NCBI GenBank assembly: GCA_038227875.1
Contig: JBBRPR010000039.1
Coordinates: 17,349 to 81,348, forward strand
From: Planctomycetota bacterium
Lineage (GTDB): Bacteria; Planctomycetota; SZUA-567; H5-PLA8
DNA: 64,000 bases
Direction: 5' to 3'
Shown: positions 9,677 through 19,100 of the stretch, piece after piece
How positions within the stretch are numbered: position 1 is the first letter of the stretch
Layout: each line of letters starts with the position of its first letter
The notes under the pieces: generated by a model
Seen by the model: only the letters and a program-made list of their open reading frames with translations
What the model was told of the DNA's origin: nothing
Database searches by the model: none
Position numbers and translations under genes: made by a program

Positions 9677-9953
9677 ACGGCAGGGGTCAGGGGTCTGGGG
9701 TCGCGCAATTGGTGCCACGGATGCGCAGACACTTGAGCACAGCGAAAGTGGCTGTTCATCCGTGCGTTCAACTTCACGAATCTGGGGGAGCGCAAGCACA
9801 GATGAGCGGATGCTTTCGCTACGCTCAAGTATCCGCGCATCCCTGTCACCATTACACAGCGGTGCTATTGCAACTCTGCTGTTTATCTTTGGCAACGACC
9901 GCGCAAAGCGCACGCGCGCGCATCGTCCCAGCCCTGACCCCAAGCCCTGCCGT
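9677..9953. repeat. Nested inverted-repeat spacer between convergent genes
   Basis: Outer arms ACGGCAGGGGTCAGGGG / CCCTGACCCCAAGCCCTGCCGT; inner ~56-bp imperfect arms 9710-9765 and 9796-9851. Confidence 0.75.
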
Positions 9954-11221
9954 TACTGCGGATTAGTCGCGCAGTACACGCGCAGGGCGAAGTCGTAGCG
10001 GCTCGTGCCGTAGGGATTGCGCAGACTGTATTCGACGTCGAAGCAGCGCGGCACCATGAAGCCGTTGGCGGCGGAGCGCGAGGCGTCGACGGTCGCGCCG
10101 TTCTGTTGCGTGCTGTTGAGCTGCGAGTCGGTCATCTCTTCGAGCGAATTGGAGCCGGGATTGATGTAATACGGGGTGATCTTGATCGCGCGGATCATGC
10201 TGCCGGTGGTCTCGTCGGAACGCAGCAATCCGGCGTTGGCCAGATCGAACCCGCCAATGGAATGGCGCAGCATCGACAGCTGCGTACTTTCCGGCGTCAT
10301 GGGCGTCACCTTGCCTGCCTTGCTGACGGACCCGGCAACCGCCTTAACCTGCGAAAACTTGAAGCTCACCAGCACGATGTTGGGATTGTCCAGCGCCAGC
10401 GTGTACGGGCTGTTGTAGACCCGGTTCTCGGCGTAGAACCAGCAGGCGATGGTCGGATTACTGGCGGTGCTGTTCGCGAGCGGCTTGGCGTTGATCATGC
10501 TCGGGCGGTCGATGTCCACGTCCATGCGGTAGTCCGGGCGAGGCCAGCCCCATGAACCGGCGCGGATGTCGTTGGATTCCAGCACCGTGGTCTTTTTGCC
10601 GGACATTGCCAGACCCGTACCAGCAAAATCGCGGCGTCCGAAGAAGGCCGGCATCCAGTACGAGCGCAGACCGTAATTGCCGTTAGTCGCTCCAGACTTG
10701 AAATTGTAGTAAGCGTAGCCCCACTGAGCCATGTTGTCGTACGACGGCCACCCCTTATAGAGGCCACTGCGGTTGGAACCGTCCGGCTGTTTCATGGTGC
10801 TGCGGAACTGCGGACCGGAGAAGAGCACGTCGTAGTTCTGGTCGTTGGTCATCCAGGTCGTCTTGTTGGCCGGCTCGCCGGACATCGTGTCCAGGTACCA
10901 CGGATCGATCTGCGCCTTCGTGGCGTCCGCATTGCCGGGGAATTTCAACGTCTGCGGCACGATCCAGTTGGCGCGCACCGGCACGCAATAACCCAGCGTG
11001 TTGCGCATATCGCGGTTGATCAGTTTGGCCGTTTCGTAGACCAGCGACAGGCCTTGGGATTCCTGGTAAACCCGCAGCGAGCTGGTGTAGATGAACGCGA
11101 TCACGGTCATCAGCAGCAGGCTGATGGCAGAGACGACAAGAATTTCAATCAGGGTGTATCCACGGCGCGAGCGGAAATTCCGAGAATTGGGAAGGCACGT
11201 CGTCATCGATGCGTTTTTCAT
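9953..11221 (-). CDS. Prepilin-type N-terminal cleavage/methylation domain protein (large pseudopilin-like)
   Basis: RRG^YTLIEILVVSAISLLLMTVIAFIY class III signal; ATG 11221 with GAGGAG RBS. Confidence 0.85.
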   Translation of the reverse strand: MKNASMTTCLPNSRNFRSRRGYTLIEILVVSAISLLLMTVIAFIYTSSLRVYQESQGLSLVYETAKLINRDMRNTLGYCVPVRANWIVPQTLKFPGNADATKAQIDPWYLDTMSGEPANKTTWMTNDQNYDVLFSGPQFRSTMKQPDGSNRSGLYKGWPSYDNMAQWGYAYYNFKSGATNGNYGLRSYWMPAFFGRRDFAGTGLAMSGKKTTVLESNDIRAGSWGWPRPDYRMDVDIDRPSMINAKPLANSTASNPTIACWFYAENRVYNSPYTLALDNPNIVLVSFKFSQVKAVAGSVSKAGKVTPMTPESTQLSMLRHSIGGFDLANAGLLRSDETTGSMIRAIKITPYYINPGSNSLEEMTDSQLNSTQQNGATVDASRSAANGFMVPRCFDVEYSLRNPYGTSRYDFALRVYCATNPQ

Positions 11222-11700
11222 CACGGTGGCTCCTCGGATAACCTGTGGTACACTTCGCATTCCAACCAAGGCAAAAATCCGTGTCACCGTTTGTGAAAAT
11301 TGACCAGAAAATGAACGCGGGTCATTTTGAGTTACAACTCTTTATATTTTATTGAATTACGACTGAAATAATTTGACCAAGGTGAACAAAGTCGAACCCC
11401 ACACGTGCGCGCCCTGTTGTACCTCAGGTGTGCTGCACCCGTGGCGTGACGCGCTTTGCGCGAGTTCGATGGGATGTGTTTGCGTCACTCTTACTGCGGG
11501 TTGATCGCGCAGTAATGCGCAGCGCGAAGTCCATGCGCGAATAACAATCGGCTTTCCCATTTAAAATTTGCAGACTCTGTGAAGCGATAACGAGTTTTAA
11601 CGGAGGCCGGAATTTCGATTTATCTAGCCCTGCTTGAGCGGTAGAACTCCACGCTCAATTCCTCGACAGGACACGTGGACACCAGAGAAAGGGCGCAACC

Positions 11701-13716
11701 GTGAGTTTGAAGGCTGAAGGCTACACCATTCCCGCCGCGGACCTCGGCGCGGAGAATCCGCTGCCGGTCTTCCGCGAACCCCACGACGATTTCGTCATGC
11801 CGATGGACCCGGGTGCGACCGATGAAGAGCGCCGCTTCGTCGGCTGGCGCTCCAGCCGCCGCATCCTTCCCTACCGCATGCAGGACGGTTACACCCGCAA
11901 CCGCAAGCCACGGACGTTTCAGAGCTTCGTGCTCGAGAACGAACACCTCAAGGCGACGATCCTGCCGGAACTCGGCGGGCGCATGGTCTCGCTGTTCAAC
12001 AAGGACCGCGGCGTCGAGCTGCTCGAAAAAAATCCCGTCTTCCAGCCCGCGAATCTCTCCCTGCGCAACGCCTGGTTCAGCGGCGGCGTCGAATGGAACA
12101 CCACGATTCTCGGCCACTACTACATGACCTGCTCTCCGGTCTTCGCGGCGAAGATCACCGGCCTGCACGGAGAGCCGGCGCTGCGGATTTACGAATGGGA
12201 CCGCGTGAAGTGCTTCCCGTGGCAGATCGATTTCCATTTGCCCCCGGGTTCGAAATTTTTGTTCGTGCGCCCGCGCTTGATCAACCCGCACGCTCAGGAA
12301 TTGCCGATGTACTGGTGGTCGAACATCGCCGTCGAAGAGACGCCGGAGACACGTGTCCTGATTCCCGCCGAGACCGCTTTTCAGCACAACGGCAGCGCGC
12401 CGCTGGACATCATGCCGATGCCCATGCTCGAAGGCCGCGACATCATGTATCCGAAGAACGTCGACGCCGCGCGCGAGATCTATTTCCGCATGAAGGACGG
12501 CCAGCGCCCGTGGGTCGCCGCCGTCAACGGCGAAGGCCGCGGTCTGATCCAGGCCTCGACGGCGCGCTTGCAGGGGCGCAAGCTCTTCTATTGGGGCATG
12601 AACGCCGGCGGCCGCAACTGGCAGCGCTATCTGTCGGAAGCCGGCCACAATTACCTCGAGATCCAAGCTGGCATCGGCAAAATTCAACCCACCTGCATTC
12701 CCATGCCCGCCGATACCGAATGGACGTGGACGGAAGCCTACGGCGAACTCGCCGCCGACCCGAAAAAAGTTCATTCCAAAAACTGGAGTGAAGCCTGGCA
12801 GGCTGCGCAGGCCGTGCTCGACGCCGCGCTGCCGCAGGCCAAACTCACCGCGCTGAACGAAGACCTCAACACCTGCGCGCGCCAGGCGCCGCAGGAAGTG
12901 CTCTTCAAAGGCGCCGGTTGGGGCGCGTTGGAACGCAAGCGCGTCGCCGCCGCGGGACTTCCCGACAAGGTTCCCGCCGAACTGGTCTTCGATGTTTCAA
13001 CGCTCGGCCCCGATCAGGCTCCGTGGCTGGCGCTGCTGGAAAAAGGCGCGCTGCCGGAAGCGAGCGCGACGGCCGGCGATCCCGGGCAGTTCATGGTTCA
13101 ACCCGAATGGCTGTGGGCGCTGGAGCGCGCGCTGCAGGCCAAGCGCGGCGACAATTGGCTGGCGCGGTATCAGCAGGCCGTGGCGATGCTCGAAAACCAC
13201 GACGCCCTCGGCGCGCGCAAAGCCTGCGAAGCCTCGATCCGGCACACCCCCACCGCGTGGGCTTACCGTATGCTCGCCGTGATCGAACGCCGCAATGGAA
13301 AACTCGCGAAAGGCCTGGAGCTGCTCCAGAAAGCCTGGGAGGCCGGCCCACGCATCACCGCGCTGGCCATCGAGTACGCTCAGGCATTGATCGAAGCTGA
13401 ACGATTCCAGGAGGCGCGCGACTTCTGCACGAAACTGCCGGCCGAAATCAAGGCGCACGAACGCATTCTCATCGCGCAAGCACATGCCGCGCTGAAGACC
13501 GGGCACTACGATGAAGTCGAACCGATCTTCGCGTATCCGTACGCCACGATTCGCGAAGGCGAAGCGACGCTGGCCGAGCTCTGGTTCGCCTGGAACGAAG
13601 CCCGCATCGCCAAAACCGAAAACATTCCCCTCGACGCCCAACTGAAAGCCCGGGTAAGAAAGGAATGCCCCGTGCCGCCCAATATCGATTTCCGAATCAT
13701 CCTGGAAATCAACTGA
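11701..13716 (+). CDS. DUF5107-like domain protein with C-terminal TPR region
   Basis: LENEHLKATILPELGGR, NPVFQPANLSLRNAWFSGGVEWN, MYWWSNIAV, YLEIQAG; helical TPR-like C-terminus. Confidence 0.8.
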   Translation: MSLKAEGYTIPAADLGAENPLPVFREPHDDFVMPMDPGATDEERRFVGWRSSRRILPYRMQDGYTRNRKPRTFQSFVLENEHLKATILPELGGRMVSLFNKDRGVELLEKNPVFQPANLSLRNAWFSGGVEWNTTILGHYYMTCSPVFAAKITGLHGEPALRIYEWDRVKCFPWQIDFHLPPGSKFLFVRPRLINPHAQELPMYWWSNIAVEETPETRVLIPAETAFQHNGSAPLDIMPMPMLEGRDIMYPKNVDAAREIYFRMKDGQRPWVAAVNGEGRGLIQASTARLQGRKLFYWGMNAGGRNWQRYLSEAGHNYLEIQAGIGKIQPTCIPMPADTEWTWTEAYGELAADPKKVHSKNWSEAWQAAQAVLDAALPQAKLTALNEDLNTCARQAPQEVLFKGAGWGALERKRVAAAGLPDKVPAELVFDVSTLGPDQAPWLALLEKGALPEASATAGDPGQFMVQPEWLWALERALQAKRGDNWLARYQQAVAMLENHDALGARKACEASIRHTPTAWAYRMLAVIERRNGKLAKGLELLQKAWEAGPRITALAIEYAQALIEAERFQEARDFCTKLPAEIKAHERILIAQAHAALKTGHYDEVEPIFAYPYATIREGEATLAELWFAWNEARIAKTENIPLDAQLKARVRKECPVPPNIDFRIILEIN

Positions 13717-13774
13717 CCTCAGCGCGCTTCAATCCGCGCTTTCACATCGGCGGCGCTGACTTTACACTCCGCGC

Positions 13775-16006
13775 ATGGAATTCTGGCACCTCGCCATGGT
13801 GGCCGGCACGGCCACCTTCTCCATCCCCGTGCTCATCCACCTGATGTTCCGGATGCGGAAGAAACGCATCGTGTTCTCGTCGCTGCGTTTTCTGCAAAAG
13901 ACCGTGCTCGAAAAAACGCAGCGCATGCGCTTGCGCGAATGGCTGCTGCTGTTGCTGCGCTGCCTGGCCTGCATTCTCGTCGCGCTGGCGTTTGCGCGGC
14001 CGTTCCGGCCGGGGAGCGTGCTGGCCGGGTCCAACGGCAAGCCGCAGGAAGACGTCGTGCTCGTCATCGACGATTCACCGAGCTTGATGGCGCAGGAAAA
14101 TACCTCGATCCGCTGGAACGCACTGCTCGATCGCGCGCGGAAAGAAGTCGCGGGACATCCCACCGGCGACCGCGTCGGCCTGGTCTTCGCCAGCGATCCG
14201 TCGCGGGCGGAGGTGGAACTCTCCAACAATTTCGGCGCGTTCACCGTGCCGCTGCAGCGTGAACGGCCGTCGGCCAAGCGCGGCGATCTGGCGCAGGCCT
14301 TGAACACCGGCATCGAACTGCTCGTGACCTCGCAGCAGCCCTCGCGGCGGATCATCGTCTACACCGATCTTCAATCCAACCAGATCGACAAGGGCGCGTG
14401 GGCGGAAGCGGCGCAGAAAGCAGCCGCGGCCGGGCGCGGCATCGCGGTGCAGGTCGAAACGCCCTCTGGCGAACAACCGCAGCGATTGATGAATCTGGCG
14501 GTCACGGACGTGCGCGCGAAAAGTGATGTCTGGATCGACGGCCGGCCGATTCCGTTTGCGGTGCGCGTCGCCAACCACGGCGACGGCGACGTTGCGACAC
14601 TGGTCGTGAAGCTGATGTCCGACGGCAAGCAGCTCGCTTCGAAGAGCGTGGGTTTGAGTCCCCGCTCGACCCAGGAGATTGAACTCGCGGCGCCGTTTCC
14701 GCATCCGGGGGAAGTCTCCGGCTACGTCGAAATCGAAGCGCACGACGCCCTCCCCGACGACGACAGGCGCTACTTCGCGCTCCATCTGCGCGACAGCGTG
14801 AAGGCGCTGGTGATCGAAGAGTCGCTGCGCGAGAAGGAGACATTTCTCGACGAGAGTTACTACCTGCGCATGGCGCTGGATCCCCGCGCGCGCAACGGCG
14901 ATTCCATCAAGCCGGACACCAGTTCCGGCGCTCAGAGTTACGTGCAGGTGCAGTCGGTGGCGCTGCCCAAAGTCTCGGCGGAAATGTACGCCAACACCGA
15001 TCTCATTTTTATGACCGGCATCACGGTGATGACCGACGCGCAGCTCAAGCAGTTGGAGCAGGCCGTGCGCGATGGCAAAAATCTAGTGCTCTTCGCGGGG
15101 CGCAGCGACGGGCGGATCTCCGACGCGTTTTACAACGGACCGTTCTGGGACAACGGCAAGGGACTGCTCCCGGCGCGGCCGGGGAAGCTCTACGAAGGCA
15201 GCCGCATTGAGAAGCGCTACCATCAGCTCGGCGAATTCAAAGCCGATCACACCTTATTTAAGCCGTTTGTGGGCGAAGGTGAACCGTTCCTGCGACTGCC
15301 GATTTTCGTGCGCCACTTCCAAGCCAACCCCGCCGATCTGAAAGTCGGCTCGCCTGAACAGCCGATCGCTGGTGAAAAGGAAACACGTCCGGCCGGCCAG
15401 GTTCTGGCCACCTTCGGCGACGGCACCCCGCTGGCGATGGAACGCCCGTATGGCAAGGGCGCGGTGCTGATGTTCAACTTCGCCCCCCGCCCGGAAGCCA
15501 CGGACCTGGTCCAGCGCAAGGCTTTCGTACCGCTGTTACATCAAGCCGTGAGATACTTTGCAGGATCCAACGCGATCTCGCACCGGGTGGTGCTGGCCGG
15601 TGACAGCATTGACTTCGCCGACGGCGGCGTCACCGCCGACGTGGATGTCAAACTGACCACGCCGGAGAAAGCCAAGGGCATCTTGGCGCTGAAAGGCACC
15701 GATCATCCATCTGCCGATGCAGTCGGAGTTTACAGCGCTGAATTCGCCCGAGGGAACATTCTCGACCGGGCGCTCTGGGCCGCGAATCTGGACCCGCGCG
15801 AGAGCGACGTCTCGTCGGAAGACTTGGTCTCCATCCGCAACACCTTTGCCTCGACCACGTTGGATAAGAACCACGTGGCGCACAACCCCCTCGACAACCC
15901 CTGGGACGACGAACGGAAGTCCCAAGCCCCCGATTGGCGCTACTTTTTAGTGGCCGCTTTGGCCTGCCTGCTGTTAGAAGTTATAGTCCGCGATTTTTTA
16001 CGCTAA
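13775..16006 (+). CDS. BatA (N-terminal double-TM) + vWA domain membrane protein
   Basis: IPVLIHL...FSSLRFL...LLLLLRCLA...AFARP; vWA MIDAS DDSPS, YTDLQ; NLDPRESD; C-terminal TM WRYFLVAALACLLLE. Confidence 0.85.
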   Translation: MEFWHLAMVAGTATFSIPVLIHLMFRMRKKRIVFSSLRFLQKTVLEKTQRMRLREWLLLLLRCLACILVALAFARPFRPGSVLAGSNGKPQEDVVLVIDDSPSLMAQENTSIRWNALLDRARKEVAGHPTGDRVGLVFASDPSRAEVELSNNFGAFTVPLQRERPSAKRGDLAQALNTGIELLVTSQQPSRRIIVYTDLQSNQIDKGAWAEAAQKAAAAGRGIAVQVETPSGEQPQRLMNLAVTDVRAKSDVWIDGRPIPFAVRVANHGDGDVATLVVKLMSDGKQLASKSVGLSPRSTQEIELAAPFPHPGEVSGYVEIEAHDALPDDDRRYFALHLRDSVKALVIEESLREKETFLDESYYLRMALDPRARNGDSIKPDTSSGAQSYVQVQSVALPKVSAEMYANTDLIFMTGITVMTDAQLKQLEQAVRDGKNLVLFAGRSDGRISDAFYNGPFWDNGKGLLPARPGKLYEGSRIEKRYHQLGEFKADHTLFKPFVGEGEPFLRLPIFVRHFQANPADLKVGSPEQPIAGEKETRPAGQVLATFGDGTPLAMERPYGKGAVLMFNFAPRPEATDLVQRKAFVPLLHQAVRYFAGSNAISHRVVLAGDSIDFADGGVTADVDVKLTTPEKAKGILALKGTDHPSADAVGVYSAEFARGNILDRALWAANLDPRESDVSSEDLVSIRNTFASTTLDKNHVAHNPLDNPWDDERKSQAPDWRYFLVAALACLLLEVIVRDFLR

Positions 16007-16076
16007 CTCTGAAACAAAACAGTAGTTACGGGCTCTTAACTAATGCAGAATGTTGCGTGATGAACGATGAAATCTG

Positions 16077-16113
16077 GAATGTCGAATGTCGAATGTCGAA
16101 TGTCGAATGTCGA
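16077..16113. repeat. Short tandem heptamer repeat (GAATGTC)n
   Basis: GAATGTC tandem copies; related intergenic heptamer arrays at ~5468-5498 (reverse orientation) and ~46037-46066 (AATCCGC/AATCCGA). Confidence 0.8.
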
Positions 16114-16195
16114 AGATTGAATGCGTTTTGAGTGGGCTTGCTGCAATGTAACTCAAAACTGAAAACTCTCAAAACTGTCCGCAGGAGACCGCCCC

Positions 16196-19100
16196 ATGTC
16201 CACGGCCACCGATCCCACCCCTGTCGCGCCGCCACACTTGCGGCCGGAGGCGACGTCGGCGTTGTCGCAACTGGAGTCGCGTGTCGAAGGCGTGCGGCGG
16301 CGCAACCGCGGGAAGTTTCTGATCACAGGGTTGATGCTCAGTCTGTCGGTGGTCGTCTTCACGTTCCTGGGATTCAGCGCGGCGGACATCCTTTTCAAAC
16401 TGAGCGTCGGAACGCGGGTGCTGGCGCTGCTGGCTTCGTTTGCGGGCGTCGTGGCGGTGATGGCGTGGTTCCTGGTTCGGCCGTGGCGGAGCATGGGCGG
16501 CTCGGTGGAAGTTGCACGCTCGGTGGAAGACGCGTACCCGGAACTGGAAGAGCAGCTCTCGACGGCGTTGGAATTCGGCAAGGAACCGCAGCTGGTCGGA
16601 AAAGTCTCCAGCCCCGAACTGGTCGGCGCGCTGATGCAGCAGACGGCGCAGCGCGCGGAGCCACTGAACTTTTCGCGCACGATCCGCTGGAAGCCGGCGG
16701 TGCTCGCCGGGCTTGTCGCCTTCATGCTCGGCGCCTGCGTCGCGGCGTATTACCAGATCAGCCCACGTTTGTTTAAGCGCACCTTCGCGCGGTTCGTCAA
16801 TCCGGGCGCGAATGTCTCCGCGCCGACGCTGACGGAAATCACGCGCGTCACCCCCGGCGATTCCGAACAGCCGGTTGAATCGTCGGTGCCGGTGGAAGTG
16901 ACGCTCGATGGCCGCATGCCCGACCGCGTGCTGCTCTCGGTCTTCGTCGGCGATGAAAAGAACGAACGCTGGGAAGACCGCCCGATGGACCGCGGCGACG
17001 ACGGCGTCTACCGCGCCTCGCTCCACCGCCTGCTGGAAACGACGAAGTACAAGATTCTCGCCGGCGATGCGGAATCCGGTGAGTACAAGGTCGACGTCTA
17101 CAAGGTCCCGGAACTGAGCGAATTCGCGCTGCGTCTGGAATACCCGCAATACACCGGCAAGGCCCCCGAAACGCTGGCCCCTGGCATGGGCGATGTTCGC
17201 GCGCTGAAGGGCACGACCATCAATCTGGAACTCAAAGCCAACACTGATCTCTCCTCGGCGCTGGTGAAATTCAAGTCGGGCCGCCCGGACGCCATCGGGA
17301 TGCTCAACTCCACCGAACCGCGCAAGGCCACGATTCAATTCCGGCTCGAGAAAGACGACGAATACCAGGTCCAGCTGGCCAACACGCGCGGCAAGACCGG
17401 CGCGAGCACCTCGTACATGCTCAAGGCGCTGAAAGACCGCGCGCCGCGCGTCACGATCAAGGCGCCGGAACGCGACCTGATGGTCCACCGCGAACAGACC
17501 GTGACGGTTGAGATCTCCGCCGACGACGACATCGGCGTCGCGGAAATCGGCATCTTCCACAATCTCGGCGTCGACGAAGAGAAGCAGGTGATGGTGCGGA
17601 AACTCGATCCCGCCACGCCGCGCGCCGACGGCAAGCTGGTCTGGGAGCTGGGCAACCTCGGATTGAAGGGCGGCGAAGTCATTGCCTACTACGCCTACGC
17701 CTACGACAACGACACCGAAGACGGCAAGCATCTCTCCAAGAGCGAGATTCACTTCCTGACCGTCTACGACGAACAGGATTACAACGATCCGAAGACGCCC
17801 AAGCCCAAGAGCGGCGGAACGCCTCCGGCGGTCAAGCAGATCGACAAGCTGATCGAAGCCGAGAAGAAACTGGTGAAGGACACCTTCGCCCAGGCCAACG
17901 CAAACAAGGAAGCCAGCGTCACCAACCGTGAAGCTGAGAAGGCCTCCGCGCTGAAGACCGCCGACGCGCAGAAGGCGCTGAAGGTGAAGCTGCAGGACCT
18001 GATGGAGAAGGTCAAGACCGACATGGCGCAGGCCGAAGAGCAGCCCAAGGCGGAGAAGGAAGAAGACGGACCCAAGCCGCCCCAGCCTCCGCATCCCCAG
18101 CCGGCGGCGTTCGGCGAAAAAGAATTGAAGCACATGGAACAGGCCGTCGACAAGATGACCAATGCCGAGGATCGCCTGAAGGAACCCAACGCCACGGAAG
18201 CCGTGAAGCCGGAGACCGAAGCGCTGCGCCACCTGAGCGAAACGCGGCGGCTGCTGCTCTCGGATAAGGACGGTGACCCGCGCTTCAAGATGGCGATGGA
18301 CAAGCAGTCGAAGAAAAAGAAGCAGCAGGAGCAGGACCAGCAGCAGAAAGACCAGCAGGACATGAAGGAAGAGCTGGCCGAAATGCCGAAGATGCTGGAG
18401 CGCGAAAAGCAGACCGAGCGCGAACTGGAAGAACTCGAACAGCGCAAGAAGAAGTCGCCGCCGCCCCAGAACCAGGCTCAGACGCCGGAGCAGAAGGCCG
18501 AGCAGGAAAATCAGCGCCGCCTGCAGAAGCAGGTCAAGGATGAGCTTGAACAGCTCGCCAAGGAAGCCGAAGACCGCGCGCGCAAACTGGAACAGTTGTC
18601 GGGCCGCAATCCGGAAGTGCAGAACGCCGCCGACAAGATGCAGCAGGCCGCCGACAAGATGTCGCAGGCCGCCAAGGAAGCGCAGCAACCCAACGACAAG
18701 AACATGAAGTCGGCTCAGGAAAAAGCGCAGCAGGCCGGCAACGACATGAAGGAAGCGCAGAAGAACCTGCGCCAGGCTAGCGAAAAGCAGGTGCGTCAGG
18801 AACTGGCCAGTCTGCAGAAGGACGCGCAGGACCTCGCGCAACGCCAGCAGAACCTCGCGCAGCAGGCCCGCGACCTCAGCCAACCCAAACCGCAAGATTC
18901 CGGCAAGCCACAGGATTCAGGCAAGCCGCAGGACTCGGGCAAGCCGCAGGACTCGGGCAAGCCGCAGGACTCGGGCAAGCCGCAGGACTCGGGCAAGCCG
19001 CAGGATTCGGGCAAGCCGCAGGACTCGGGTAAGCCGCAGGACTCGGGCAAGCCGCAGGACTCGGGTAAGCCGCAAGATTCGGGCAAGCCGCAGGAATCGG

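Noticed and set aside
16169..18895. 908-aa antisense ORF (also 2687-5302, 47715-50171, 32101-33693)
   Set aside because: Shadow ORFs opposite well-supported genes, expected from high-GC codon bias; no motifs
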